NCBI GenBank assembly: GCA_034659275.1
Contig: JAYEGY010000122.1
Span: 29,512-93,511 of the forward strand
Origin: Bacteroidota bacterium
GTDB lineage: Bacteria; Bacteroidota; Bacteroidia; Bacteroidales; VadinHA17
DNA length: 64,000 bases
Reading direction: 5' to 3'
Position 1 is the first letter of the stretch; every line of letters starts with the position of its first letter. A program made the position numbers and the translations under genes. The notes under the pieces were generated by a model. The model worked only from the letters and a program-made list of their open reading frames with translations, did not search any database and was not told where the DNA came from. Below, one piece after another: positions 47,054-57,637 of the stretch.

Positions 47054-49546
47054 CTAAAATTGTTGTCCCATTACAAAATGGAATTGTGACCCGGCCACAT
47101 CCCTTCCGGGTACCGGGTCAAAACCGTAAGCCCAGTCAATACCCAGCAAGCCGAACATCGGAAGGTTGGCACGCAAGCCGACTCCTGCTGACCTGTGCAT
47201 CTTGAATGGGTTAAATTCTTTAAGCTCATACCAGGCTTTCCCTGCTTCAAGAAATGTAAGCACATAAATTGTCGCCTGTGGATTGAGTGTCAGTGGATAC
47301 CTGAACTCGAAGGTAAGCTTTGAATAAACATTACCTGAGTATACAGTTTTATCATCTTTTACGATGGTTGGGGTAAGGCTTCCATTTTCGTATCCTCTCA
47401 GTGCTATTACATCACGCCCATAAAAGCTATAGCCTGTCATGCCGTCTCCACCGAGGTAGAAATTCTCAAAGGGAGATGGGCCAATGTCTTTATTATAATG
47501 TCCCAGGTAGCCAAATGATACTCTTGTATTAAGTACAAACTTATCAAACAACTCATAATAATAATCCCCTTTAAACAGCCATTTATGGAATTCTATCCAC
47601 CTGTACTTCTCCTGATCGTTGGCATTTGAATAGTCTTTACCGGAAATTAATGAATAAGGAGGAGTCATCTGTAACGACAGGCTGAAGGAGGAGCCCCTGC
47701 GGGGATAAATAAGGCTCGGTGCGGTTGAGAATCGCGTGAGTCTTGTTGTTAATGACAGCATGTTAGCCTCACCGTTCCTGAACAAGAAGTTATAATATGA
47801 GTAATTATTAAGGCTGTACCTCTGGTATCCCAGTTCAGAAAACAGGCTAAAGTAATTATCAGGCCATTCGAGTCTTTTACCGAGGCCTGTTGTTACTCCA
47901 TCGATGATCATTGACTGCCTGCTTTCCACTCCTTTTCTGTCACCATTGGTCATAAGGGATCGGTAGGCTGAAACAGAAAATGTATTTGGTTTTTTGCCCC
48001 CCAGCCAGGGTTCCACGAAGGAGATATTATATGACTGGTAAACCCGTCCGTTCGACTGTGCCCTGAGGCTCAATGATTGTCCGTCGCCGCTGGGGTAAGG
48101 TCTCCATTCCGATGGTTTAAAGAAATTCTTCATCGCAAAATTATTGAATCTCACTCCCACCGTTCCGACTAACATACTGGCACCCCAGCCACCTGATATT
48201 TCAAACTGGTCATTAGCTCTTTCTTCCAAATCATATTCAAGGTCGACAGTACCCTCTGCCGGATTCATCAGAGGCTGCGGGTTGATCTTTTCGGGATCGA
48301 AATGACCCAGCACCGCTATCTGACGTGCCGATCGCATAATAGCATCTTTACTGAAAAGGTCCCCCGGCAATGTATACAATTCACGCCTGACAACGTGTTC
48401 ATTTGTACGGGTATTACCTTTTATAATAACCTTTTCAAGGGTAGCCTGTTCGCCTTCCTGTATCCTTATTTCCAAATCTATGGTATCATTCTGCACATCT
48501 GTTTCTACGGGCATGAGGTTCGAGAAAAGATAGCCGTTGTTAAGGTAAAGTGAGGATACCGCATCCTCTTCATAGTTCAGTCTGTCATTGAGCAGGGTCT
48601 GGTTATAAACATCCCCCTCATTTATATTAAGGACTTCTGAAAGCAATCCTTTGGGATATATGCTATTACCCACCCAGTCAATATTGCCAAAACAGTACTG
48701 GTCGCCCTCGTCTACCATGATAGCCATTACAACCCGATCTTCAGACACATCCATAACGGTATCATTGAGTATTCGGAAATCGCGATAGCCATTTTCATTA
48801 TAAAAAGTAATGAGGCTTTCCTTATCTTCTTCGTACAGATCTTCAACGTATTTTGAAGCCTTAAAAATATTCAGGTTTTTCTTCTTTGTATTTTTCATCA
48901 CCCTCCTGAGCCTTCCATCAGAAAATACCTCATTGCCTTCGAAGACTATATCACTGATCTTCACCCTTTCATTTTTATCAATATGCACATTCAGTTTAAT
49001 GCTGTTGGGGTTTACGGGATCGTCTTTCTGGATTAATCGTACTTCGGTATTCAGAAATCCCTTTTCAATAAAATGATCCTTGATTATAGATTTTGTATTT
49101 GAAAGTACATGGTCAGTAACCTGGCTTCCGCTTATCAGGTTAACCTTATCAATGATATTCTGTATTTCGTTTTGTTTAATACCATAATATTCAACGGATG
49201 ATATGCGCGCTCTTTCCCCGAGGTAAATATCAAGGAATATTGTATCAGATTTAATATCTGTTGCCGTTATTTTCACTTCGGAGAACAAGCCCTGATCCCA
49301 GAGCTTCTGGACAGCCTGGGTTATTACTTCGCCCGGCACGAGTATTCTTGAATATTTTCTTATTCCTGACAGGCCCACGATAGCATTTGTATCAAGATAT
49401 TTGACCCCTGACACCGTTATATCACCAACCACATACTCCCCGGGATCCATATAGTCCATTATTTCTATATCTTCCTGGGCCAGTATTTTCACTGGTGATA
49501 AACATATTATTATTGCTGTCAGTAATATTGAAAATCTTCTCAACAT
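47054..49546 (-). CDS. bamA: Outer membrane protein assembly factor BamA
   Basis: POTRA repeats followed by a C-terminal beta-barrel ending in '..FVMGQQF'. The start at ATG 49546 ('MLRRFSILL', 1 nt after the uppS stop) is preferred over the ORF-track start at 49615. Confidence 0.9.
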   Translation of the reverse strand: MLRRFSILLTAIIICLSPVKILAQEDIEIMDYMDPGEYVVGDITVSGVKYLDTNAIVGLSGIRKYSRILVPGEVITQAVQKLWDQGLFSEVKITATDIKSDTIFLDIYLGERARISSVEYYGIKQNEIQNIIDKVNLISGSQVTDHVLSNTKSIIKDHFIEKGFLNTEVRLIQKDDPVNPNSIKLNVHIDKNERVKISDIVFEGNEVFSDGRLRRVMKNTKKKNLNIFKASKYVEDLYEEDKESLITFYNENGYRDFRILNDTVMDVSEDRVVMAIMVDEGDQYCFGNIDWVGNSIYPKGLLSEVLNINEGDVYNQTLLNDRLNYEEDAVSSLYLNNGYLFSNLMPVETDVQNDTIDLEIRIQEGEQATLEKVIIKGNTRTNEHVVRRELYTLPGDLFSKDAIMRSARQIAVLGHFDPEKINPQPLMNPAEGTVDLEYDLEERANDQFEISGGWGASMLVGTVGVRFNNFAMKNFFKPSEWRPYPSGDGQSLSLRAQSNGRVYQSYNISFVEPWLGGKKPNTFSVSAYRSLMTNGDRKGVESRQSMIIDGVTTGLGKRLEWPDNYFSLFSELGYQRYSLNNYSYYNFLFRNGEANMLSLTTRLTRFSTAPSLIYPRRGSSFSLSLQMTPPYSLISGKDYSNANDQEKYRWIEFHKWLFKGDYYYELFDKFVLNTRVSFGYLGHYNKDIGPSPFENFYLGGDGMTGYSFYGRDVIALRGYENGSLTPTIVKDDKTVYSGNVYSKLTFEFRYPLTLNPQATIYVLTFLEAGKAWYELKEFNPFKMHRSAGVGLRANLPMFGLLGIDWAYGFDPVPGRDVAGSQFHFVMGQQF

Positions 49547-49547
49547 A

Positions 49548-50300
49548 TCAGTCCTTGTTTTCATGCACCTGTTCACTGGTTTTTCCAAATCTTCTCTCTC
49601 GTTTCTGATATTCAATCAAGGCCTTATATAATTCTTCTTTACCAAAATCAGGCCAAAGTGTTTCTGTGAAATATAATTCACTGTATGCTATCTGCCATAG
49701 CAGAAAGTTGCTGATGCGTAATTCACCACTTGTCCTGATAAGCATTTCCGGATCAGGTATATCCTTTGTTGTAAGGTAATTCTCAAATATTTTATCATCA
49801 ATATTTGCAGGGTCTATTTCCCCTTCTTTTACTTTATAGGCTATATCCTTCACCGCCTTCACCATTTCCCACCGCGAGCTATAGCTGAGGGCAACAACCA
49901 GGGTCATTCCATTGCACCGGGAGGTTTGCTCCAGGGTATCATCCAGGCTTTTCCTCACCTGAGTTGTAAGCCTGTCAATATCACCAACTACTTTCAGAAC
50001 GATATCATTTTCTATAAGTTTCCTGGTTTCATTATTTAATGAATTGACCATCAGTTCCATCAGTGCCTCTACTTCTTCCCATGGACGATTCCAGTTCTCA
50101 ATTGAAAAAGCATATAATGTAAGGTATTCAATTCCTATTTCAGCCGCTGCTTCAATAATTTCCCTTACTGCATCTACACCTTTTGTATGTCCATAATTGC
50201 GATCCTTACCCCTGTGCAGAGCCCATCTGCCATTACCATCCATTATGATGGCAACATGTTTTGGCAAGCTTTTCAAATTTATATTGCCTTTAAGAGACAT
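49548..50300 (-). CDS. uppS: Isoprenyl (undecaprenyl) diphosphate synthase
   Basis: 'HVAIIMDGNGRWA', 'LTLYAFSIENW' and 'RISNFLLWQ'. Confidence 0.9.
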   Translation of the reverse strand: MSLKGNINLKSLPKHVAIIMDGNGRWALHRGKDRNYGHTKGVDAVREIIEAAAEIGIEYLTLYAFSIENWNRPWEEVEALMELMVNSLNNETRKLIENDIVLKVVGDIDRLTTQVRKSLDDTLEQTSRCNGMTLVVALSYSSRWEMVKAVKDIAYKVKEGEIDPANIDDKIFENYLTTKDIPDPEMLIRTSGELRISNFLLWQIAYSELYFTETLWPDFGKEELYKALIEYQKRERRFGKTSEQVHENKD

Positions 50301-50986
50301 TACCTGTGTTTCTTATATTTATCATCCCAATAATCACCATAAGCAGGGCAACTCAGCATGTTATGGAACATTTTCCATGTAAATGTCACCCCTGAAAACA
50401 TATACCAATCATTATTATGTGTCCACACATGATGATCAGAGTCAATATTGTCAATTAAGCCGTCAAAGTTATCATAAAATGTTTTACGAGCGCCATATTC
50501 GAGCTCTAATCCCAAATTTTTATAAATATTTACTTTGATTCCAAGCGAAATCGGGATAATAGGGGTATAGGTAAGGTCTTCATTATTCAGGAAGCATACC
50601 CCCGCTCCGATAGCAAAATAAGGAGAATAATCCCACCATTTACCTGTTGTTGCATAGGGCAGAAAATTGAATTCGAACTGGGCAGACCATTCGAATATTG
50701 TAGTTTCAAAGGATGCAGCACGTGCCTGCTGAAAGTTATTATTGAAGTCGAGGTCGTTTGCCTTTATTCTTCCGTAGGAAATATTGGTTTTCAGTGCGTG
50801 CCGGGGGTGAAAATTATACCGGTACATTATTCCCACGGCAGGTGATGAGCCGTAAAAGTATCTCTCCGGGTTAATATCGCCCATATAACAGGAAAGTCCT
50901 CCGAAAACGCCATAATCTGATTTTAGTTGAGCGTTCAGAGGAATAAAAAATATAAACATCAAAACAACCCAAAAGCACCTCTTCAT
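50300..50986 (-). CDS. DUF6089-like outer-membrane beta-barrel protein
   Basis: Signal peptide, alternating aromatic beta-strand pattern, and the conserved position upstream of uppS-bamA. Confidence 0.5.
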   Translation of the reverse strand: MKRCFWVVLMFIFFIPLNAQLKSDYGVFGGLSCYMGDINPERYFYGSSPAVGIMYRYNFHPRHALKTNISYGRIKANDLDFNNNFQQARAASFETTIFEWSAQFEFNFLPYATTGKWWDYSPYFAIGAGVCFLNNEDLTYTPIIPISLGIKVNIYKNLGLELEYGARKTFYDNFDGLIDNIDSDHHVWTHNNDWYMFSGVTFTWKMFHNMLSCPAYGDYWDDKYKKHR

Positions 50987-51015
50987 GTAAACAATATTCT
51001 GTATTTATTACTTTA

Positions 51016-51762
51016 TTACTTTCTAAAAGTCGGTAATCCTCTCTCCGATGTTTTCAGTTTATGAGTATAAACAAAAGTCATAAGGTAATAAACGTCATTA
51101 TGAGTTGAATATTGCGAGGTATAACCGTCAATATAATCTGACGTGGTATATCTTAATCCGAGATCAACGCCAATCATTGAATTAGGCCTGATCAGGTAAT
51201 TAAACCCTAATCCTATCGGTATTGCAAGAGCCACACCTGAATTTTTTATATCACGTTCATCCAGGGCATCATTTGGTTTAGCATTAAAAAAAGCGGGGGC
51301 CAATCCTGTATAGATATATCCATCCAGCTTGGCCAAAACGGAATTAAATATCCTGTCACCTTTAATAAACCTGTAACTGCTCTCTGCATTATTTTTGAGG
51401 AAATAATATTCACCTTTTACCAGGGGTTCAAATAAGGTTATGGACGATTCGTAGCCTCGGTTAACGTTGCTGCCTTTAACATCTGAGGCATGCATTACGG
51501 CAAAATTAATGTCGAATGTAATTCCGACTCTTTCCTCTATCCTGTATCTCATACCTGCTTTCAGATTAAAGCGAGTTTGTTTAATCAGTACATCCTTTAA
51601 ACCTAATGCATTTTCACCGATGCTAAAACCTCCAATATCGCCAAGAACCTGGGCTGTACCTATTCCTCCATATATTTCATATCGTCTAAGCTTCCATAAC
51701 TGAGCATTGGCAACCGGGTTCAAGAAAATGAATAATAACAGTAGCAGGAAAACCCGTTTCAT
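51016..51762 (-). CDS. Outer-membrane beta-barrel protein (DUF6089-like paralog)
   Basis: Signal peptide 'VANAQ', a beta-strand pattern, and a C-terminal aromatic residue near the end. Confidence 0.45.
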   Translation of the reverse strand: MKRVFLLLLLFIFLNPVANAQLWKLRRYEIYGGIGTAQVLGDIGGFSIGENALGLKDVLIKQTRFNLKAGMRYRIEERVGITFDINFAVMHASDVKGSNVNRGYESSITLFEPLVKGEYYFLKNNAESSYRFIKGDRIFNSVLAKLDGYIYTGLAPAFFNAKPNDALDERDIKNSGVALAIPIGLGFNYLIRPNSMIGVDLGLRYTTSDYIDGYTSQYSTHNDVYYLMTFVYTHKLKTSERGLPTFRK

Positions 51763-51843
51763 AATAATGTGTATAGATTATTACTGATACAAATATAATA
51801 ATCCATGAATAACAATCCTAAAAGAATGAATTAAAAAAGATAA

Positions 51844-52707
51844 TCAATTTCTCCGGTCGGCTCCCCACATCAATTTATTTCGCAGTGTACTGAAAAAATC
51901 CTGCCCCTCCACGTTGATGGTTTTTATTGTATAATCAGCCTTTGATATAAGCAGTTTCTTGAAGAAGGGTAAGCGGACCGATCTGAAATCACATGTTACC
52001 AGGTACTCGGGGCTTCTTCCTTCAACTTCCATTCGCAACCTGCTGGTACCGGGAAGGACTATGGGCCTGACACTCAATGTATGTGGTGAGAGGGGTGATA
52101 TAATAATGCTTTCATCAGAAGGTGCCAGTATAGGGCCACCTGTGCTCATATTATATGCTGTTGATCCTGTAGCCGTAGATATTATCAAACCATCAGCCCA
52201 GTAGGCATTAAGGTAGAGGTCATCCACAAATACTTTAACCATTATCATATTAAGGTCGGCTTTCTGTATTGTAATATCATTAAGAGCTACATTTGAGGTG
52301 CCAAGAATACCGGATGGTTCGGTGAGTTCAATCAAATAGCGGTTGATAAGAGTATATTGACGCCTTACGATTTTTTCCAATGATCCGGTTATATTATCAT
52401 GAATATTAGCCAGGAAGCCCATCCTGCCCGCATTTACACCCGCAATGGGGATCCCCGAATCCCTTACCTGCAAGACAGTCTCAAGGAAAGTACCATCGCC
52501 TCCCACGCTGAGTACAAGATCGGGTTTAAGATTCTCTTTATAAAGGTTCCTGAAAATCTTGTAAGAACCCTTAGCAACAAGCCTTGCCAGATTTTCGTGC
52601 AGCAGTACATTTAAATTATGAGATTTCAGAACTGACATGATATTGCTTAAGCAGGAAGCCGTGGTTCTACCATTGTCAGATCCAAAAATTGCAATTTCTT
52701 TAAGCAT
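51844..52707 (-). CDS. nadK: NAD+ kinase
   Basis: 'LVLSVGGDGTFL' and 'STATGSTAY' motifs. Confidence 0.9.
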   Translation of the reverse strand: MLKEIAIFGSDNGRTTASCLSNIMSVLKSHNLNVLLHENLARLVAKGSYKIFRNLYKENLKPDLVLSVGGDGTFLETVLQVRDSGIPIAGVNAGRMGFLANIHDNITGSLEKIVRRQYTLINRYLIELTEPSGILGTSNVALNDITIQKADLNMIMVKVFVDDLYLNAYWADGLIISTATGSTAYNMSTGGPILAPSDESIIISPLSPHTLSVRPIVLPGTSRLRMEVEGRSPEYLVTCDFRSVRLPFFKKLLISKADYTIKTINVEGQDFFSTLRNKLMWGADRRN

Positions 52708-52718
52708 TGATAATGATT

Positions 52719-53384
52719 TTAAATATCCAGATATCTCATGAAGGAATCAAAGCGGTCAGAATAAAAGTTATCCATATCATCTTCATGACCATGCCATGCC
52801 GTTACTTCGTACTCAAAACGCTCAAATGTCCTTATTATAGGCATCAGGTTATTGGTATTGAGTTTAATGGTAACCTCCATCCTGGTGGATTCAGGAGGTG
52901 AAGAAATATAAAGGTTCAGAATCTTTGCATCATTGCTTTCAATTATCTGTGCTATCTGAGAGAGGGTATAATCATTCTGTAATATATCAAGTACTATCAG
53001 CCCGCCCGGTTCCGTGAGTGATGACATCTTAGCCAGCTCTGAAATAAGGTCACTAACCATTATTACTCCTTTGTAGTGGTTATGGTCATCAAGAACGGGA
53101 ACGACCGACAGCTTAAGCCTGGCAGCAAGGCTTATGACATCAAAAATATGCTGATCGAGCCTCACATAAGGTTTTATTAACGAGAGTTTGTGATTACCAA
53201 TAGACTGTTCGGGATCATTGAGATCATAAATATCGGTATCGGAAATAAGACCAAGGAACTCAAGATTATTAACTATGGGTAAATGGGATATTCGGAATAC
53301 TTCCATCCAGTTAAGAGCTGTCTGACCGGTATCCGAGGTTTTTAATGCAGATACTACTTCCGATATAAGTTCTTTTGCCAGCAT
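52719..53384 (-). CDS. CBS-domain protein
   Basis: 221 aa with a tandem CBS pattern ('HLPIVNN', 'VVPVLDD..YKGVI'), followed by a C-terminal ACT-like part. Confidence 0.65.
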   Translation of the reverse strand: MLAKELISEVVSALKTSDTGQTALNWMEVFRISHLPIVNNLEFLGLISDTDIYDLNDPEQSIGNHKLSLIKPYVRLDQHIFDVISLAARLKLSVVPVLDDHNHYKGVIMVSDLISELAKMSSLTEPGGLIVLDILQNDYTLSQIAQIIESNDAKILNLYISSPPESTRMEVTIKLNTNNLMPIIRTFERFEYEVTAWHGHEDDMDNFYSDRFDSFMRYLDI

Positions 53385-53508
53385 TGTTATTCCTCTTTCT
53401 GTTTTTCTTTTGCGGTTAATTAATATAATACATCTAAAGTACGGAAAAAAATATTTATTGTTGTTTTATTCATTTGTTATATGAAAATTTGTATAAAAGG
53501 AAAAAATT

Positions 53509-54228
53509 ATGACAAAATTAAGTGTTAATATCAATAAAATAGCTACCATAAGAAATGCCAGGGGAGGTAATATCCCCGATGTACACAAGGCAGCTATGGA
53601 ATGTGAAAGATATGGTGCTGACGGAATAACAGTGCACCCCAGGCCCGATGAAAGACATATAAGCTATGAGGATGTCAGGACTATAAGACCCGACATAAAA
53701 ACAGAATTCAATATTGAAGGAAATCCTTCAGATAAATTCATTGACCTTGTATGCGAGGTTAAACCTCACCAGGTAACACTTGTTCCTGATCCTCCGGATG
53801 CCCTTACTTCAAATACGGGATGGGATACTATCAAGCACAGCGATTTCTTAAAAGATATTGTAAGAGTTTTTAAAGACAAGGGCATTCGCACTTCAATATT
53901 CATTGATCCTGATGTTTACATGATAGAGGTGGCATTGAATATAGGATGTGACAGGCTTGAACTATATACGGAGTCATATGCCTCGGGCTACCCTTCTGAT
54001 CCTGAAAAAGCCATTGCTCCTTTTATCACGGCAGCTACAGCAGCCAGGGAACTGGGACTGGATCTGAATGCGGGCCATGACCTCAACCTTGATAACCTGA
54101 AATATTTCTCGGAGAATATACCATGGCTGAAAGAGGTTTCAATTGGTCATGCACTGATATCAGATGCCCTGTATTATGGCCTGCAAAATACTATCGGCAT
54201 GTACAAGAGACTGCTTGTAAAAGAATAA
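53509..54228 (+). CDS. pdxJ: Pyridoxine 5'-phosphate synthase
   Basis: '[16 protein letters not shown]', '[11 protein letters not shown]' and 'NAGHDLN'. Confidence 0.9.
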   Translation: MTKLSVNINKIATIRNARGGNIPDVHKAAMECERYGADGITVHPRPDERHISYEDVRTIRPDIKTEFNIEGNPSDKFIDLVCEVKPHQVTLVPDPPDALTSNTGWDTIKHSDFLKDIVRVFKDKGIRTSIFIDPDVYMIEVALNIGCDRLELYTESYASGYPSDPEKAIAPFITAATAARELGLDLNAGHDLNLDNLKYFSENIPWLKEVSIGHALISDALYYGLQNTIGMYKRLLVKE

Positions 54229-54245
54229 AAACACAATACCCCCCG

Positions 54246-55049
54246 ATGAAGTTATTTTACCGCGAATACGGCGATGGATTCCCCCTGGTAATACTTCATG
54301 GTTTATATGGGTCATCAGATAACTGGATTTCTATTGCCCGGGAACTTTCAGATACCTACAGAGTAGTATTACCCGACCAGAGAAATCATGGCCAGTCACC
54401 CCATGATCCGGTTCATACCTATGAAGCAATGAGCGAAGACCTTCATGAGCTGGTGCTCAGTCTTGATATAGACAAATTTATCCTGGCGGGTCATAGTATG
54501 GGCGGGAAAACAGCCTCATTCTTCGCCAGGCGATGGCCCGGTTTGCTTTCAGGATTGGTAATAATTGATATATCCCCTTTCAAAACCAGACCCGAAGATA
54601 ACATATCCAACAGCATACACACTCGTCTATTAAAAAGAATGAGCGAAACTGATCTTTCATTAATAGAAAACCGGGAAGAGGCTCATAATATTTTCAAAGA
54701 TATAATACCCGCGTTGAAAGTGAGGAATTTCCTGTTAAAGAACCTGCGCAGAGACAATAAGGGCAATTTTAAGTGGAAGATTAACCCCCCTAAGCTTTAT
54801 GACAACCTGGAAAATATATTTGACGGATTAGAAATACCGGTAAGCGGGAATGTTGATCCTGTTACCGGCTTCCCGGTTTATTTTCTCAGGGTTATGGACT
54901 CGGATTATATGAATGAGAAGGATTATGATCTCATACAGAAAGTTTTCCCGGCAGCTGAAATAATCGAGGTAGCCGGCTCCAGTCACTGGATACATGCAGA
55001 AAAACCTGAGATTATAATTAAACTGTTCAGGGAAAATTTCCCGGCTTAA
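54246..55049 (+). CDS. Alpha/beta hydrolase
   Basis: 'LVILHGLYGSSDNW' and the nucleophile elbow 'GHSMGG'. The ATG at 54246 is preferred over the ORF-track start, which overlaps pdxJ. Confidence 0.8.
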   Translation: MKLFYREYGDGFPLVILHGLYGSSDNWISIARELSDTYRVVLPDQRNHGQSPHDPVHTYEAMSEDLHELVLSLDIDKFILAGHSMGGKTASFFARRWPGLLSGLVIIDISPFKTRPEDNISNSIHTRLLKRMSETDLSLIENREEAHNIFKDIIPALKVRNFLLKNLRRDNKGNFKWKINPPKLYDNLENIFDGLEIPVSGNVDPVTGFPVYFLRVMDSDYMNEKDYDLIQKVFPAAEIIEVAGSSHWIHAEKPEIIIKLFRENFPA

Positions 55050-55783
55050 GCACCAAATTGTGTCACAGATTCTATTTTTCCCTGTGGTATAGGCTCACAA
55101 TTCCTGAATTTCAGGAAGACCTGTACAAGAGCAACAACATCCTTTTCGCAGTACCTTGCTATCCTTGTAATATCATTTTCCTTCCAGTATGTATCAGCAA
55201 CCATGGAACCATCAATATCATCCTTTGGAGTAGGAACATTTAAAATGCCCGCCAGCAGCTCAAGGGAGGTATAACTCTTATGATCACCAAATTTCCATAG
55301 TTCCATTGTGTCCAGAAGATTAATCTCCCATGGTTTCTTCCCTGCATTATCAAGCAGAGGCGGTATCTTCAGACCATTAATTATCATACGCCTTGCTATG
55401 TAGGGATAATCAAATTCCTTCCCGTTGTGGGCACACAGCATTGCATCCTTGTTTGCGCTGAAATTATTGAGCATCACCGAAAAGTCGTCCAGTAATTCTT
55501 TTTCATTATGCCCGAAAAATGATTTAAGCCTTAAGGACATATCATTTTCCTGGCCCGCAATATAGCCAACTGAAATACATATTATTTTTCCAAATTCAGC
55601 ATATATGCCTGCCCTTGAATAAACATCGCCGGCATTTTGGTCCTCGGTTCTGAAATACAGTGATTTCTTTTCCCAGAGTAACTGTAATTCGGGACTCAGC
55701 TCTTCATATGATGAAACCATGGGAACAGTTTCAATATCCAGGAACAGTATCCTCGCCGGGTTGATGCTTCTAAGTAATTTCAT
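55046..55783 (-). CDS. PolB-exonuclease-like 3'-5' exonuclease (RNase H fold)
   Basis: 'ILFLDIETVP', 'LCAHNGKEFDYPYI' and 'YCEKDV' look like DEDDy-type Exo I-III motifs. Confidence 0.65.
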   Translation of the reverse strand: MKLLRSINPARILFLDIETVPMVSSYEELSPELQLLWEKKSLYFRTEDQNAGDVYSRAGIYAEFGKIICISVGYIAGQENDMSLRLKSFFGHNEKELLDDFSVMLNNFSANKDAMLCAHNGKEFDYPYIARRMIINGLKIPPLLDNAGKKPWEINLLDTMELWKFGDHKSYTSLELLAGILNVPTPKDDIDGSMVADTYWKENDITRIARYCEKDVVALVQVFLKFRNCEPIPQGKIESVTQFGA

Positions 55784-55815
55784 AGGTTCATTATTATATT
55801 AGGCCAAGGCCCATA

Positions 55816-55924
55816 CTTCATTGATGTGGATTTGCTATCTACGACATCATCGCTCACTAAGCTCGCAGTACTCGCTGGCTAATGGCAAGCCCAAACTGCC
55901 CGGTTGAAATCCACACCATCAAAG
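55816..55924 (-). ncRNA. Candidate structured RNA or repeat element downstream of udk
   Basis: An 18-position closing stem (55907-55924 with 55816-55833) encloses about 73 nt of GC-rich sequence. On the minus strand the stem has 14 Watson-Crick pairs, 3 G:U pairs and 1 mismatch. On the plus strand it has 4 mismatches. Confidence 0.3.
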
Positions 55925-55932
55925 TAAGGCGG

Positions 55933-56544
55933 CTATGAGTTTAAATATTTTTCTACTGCAGACACAAGCATTTCTATGGCAACTTCATTTTCTCCTCCAC
56001 GAGGAATAATTATATCTGCATATCTCTTCGTTGGTTCAATAAACTGCAGGTGCGAAGGTTTTACCGTATCATAATACCTGTCAAGCACCATTTTTATATT
56101 GCGCCCCCGCTTTTCTATATCCCTCCTGATAACACTTGCAAGGCGGTCATCAGGGTCAGCATCGACAAAGGCTTTTATACGCATCTTCTCCCTCAGTTCT
56201 GCATCAGTAAGAACGAGTATCCCTTCAATTATGACGACCCGTGCCGGTTTAACAACGATATATTCATCTGACCTCGTACATGTAATATATGAATATTGTG
56301 GCATCTGCACCGTATTTCCACCTGCCAGGTCATCAATATGTTTATTTAGAAGGCTGAATTCGATGGAAGCAGGGTGATCAAAATTTATTTTTTGTCTTTC
56401 TTCAAAAGGCAGGTGCCTGTTATCCCTGTAATAAGCATCCTGTGGTATCATTATCACATTTTCATTGCCAAGGAGGTCAATTACCTTTCTTGTAACGGTT
56501 GTTTTCCCTGACCCTGTACCACCGGCAATTCCTACAATCAACAT
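55933..56544 (-). CDS. udk: Uridine kinase
   Basis: P-loop 'GIAGGTGSGKTT' and a Udk-like body ('IIIEGIL'). Confidence 0.9.
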   Translation of the reverse strand: MLIVGIAGGTGSGKTTVTRKVIDLLGNENVIMIPQDAYYRDNRHLPFEERQKINFDHPASIEFSLLNKHIDDLAGGNTVQMPQYSYITCTRSDEYIVVKPARVVIIEGILVLTDAELREKMRIKAFVDADPDDRLASVIRRDIEKRGRNIKMVLDRYYDTVKPSHLQFIEPTKRYADIIIPRGGENEVAIEMLVSAVEKYLNS

Positions 56545-56619
56545 ATTTTATTACTTTTGTTTGCAATAATTTAGTCAAAAATACTAATTTCTGTTAATGA
56601 TTAAATACAGCACTCTTTT

Positions 56620-57615
56620 ATGACGAATTTATATCCCCTGAAGTTTTTCCCAATCCTAAAAGAAAGAGTCTGGGGAGGCAACAGGCTTTCTGTTGAATAC
56701 GGTAAAAAGGCAAAGGAAGGATCTAAAATAGGTGAAAGCTGGGAGCTATCGGCTGTACAGGGTGATATTTCCCTTGTGGCAAATGGTTTTCTTGAAGGCA
56801 ATAACCTTGAAGAAATAACAGAGGTATACATGGGCGATCTGGTTGGAGAAGATATCTTTGAAAAATTCGGCAGGGAATTTCCTCTGCTGGTTAAGATAAT
56901 AGATGCCAACGAAGATCTTTCAATTCAGGTTCATCCCCCTGATGAGCTGGCAAAAGAAAGACACCACGCATATGGGAAAACCGAAATGTGGTATGTTCTT
57001 GAAGCAAGTGATGATGCAGTGATATACACCGGCTTCAACAGGAAAATGACAAAAGAATTATATTTAAAAACCCTGAAAGATGGAAATATTGCTGATATAC
57101 TGAATAAAGAAAAGCCTCGAGCCGGTGATGTTTTCTTTATACCATCAGGACGTGTTCATGCTCTTGGCAAAGGGGTGGTACTCATTGAGATACAGCAAAC
57201 ATCCGATATCACTTACAGGATATGGGACTGGAACAGGAACGGCCTTGATGGTAAACCACGTGAGCTCCATACCGAACTGGCAGTGGATGCCATTGATTAT
57301 AATACTTATGAATCCTATAAAACAAGAGTGGAACCCGAATTCAACAAAACTGTCAATATAATTGATTGTAAATATTTTACAACTAATATAATTGAACTTG
57401 ATAAAAACATCAACAAGGATTATTCTCTTATTGACAGCTTTGTTATATACATTTGTGTTGACGGAAAAGCAAAGCTGGAATGGGAAAATCAAAACATGAG
57501 TTTTATGAAAGGCGAAACGGTTCTTATACCGGCCTTGATGGAAAGAGTAGGCATATATCCCGAGCCGTCAGCCAGGATTCTTGAGGTATACATCAGGAAA
57601 ACCGATGAAAAATAA
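56620..57615 (+). CDS. manA: Type I phosphomannose isomerase
   Basis: 'YPLKF.PI.KERVWGG', 'LSIQVHP' and 'KTEMWYV' cupin motifs. Confidence 0.8.
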   Translation: MTNLYPLKFFPILKERVWGGNRLSVEYGKKAKEGSKIGESWELSAVQGDISLVANGFLEGNNLEEITEVYMGDLVGEDIFEKFGREFPLLVKIIDANEDLSIQVHPPDELAKERHHAYGKTEMWYVLEASDDAVIYTGFNRKMTKELYLKTLKDGNIADILNKEKPRAGDVFFIPSGRVHALGKGVVLIEIQQTSDITYRIWDWNRNGLDGKPRELHTELAVDAIDYNTYESYKTRVEPEFNKTVNIIDCKYFTTNIIELDKNINKDYSLIDSFVIYICVDGKAKLEWENQNMSFMKGETVLIPALMERVGIYPEPSARILEVYIRKTDEK

Positions 57616-57637
57616 GCATTTAAAAAACAATAAAATA

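Noticed and set aside
49547-49615. N-terminal extension of BamA overlapping uppS, with similar ORF-track extensions for murI (45900-45917), nitroreductase (31204-31236), the alpha/beta hydrolase (54123-54245) and the MORN lipoprotein (57581-57637)
   Set aside because: In each case an internal ATG right after the upstream stop or terminator gives a canonical N-terminus, either a signal peptide or a conserved first motif. The longer ORF versions overlap upstream genes or terminators.
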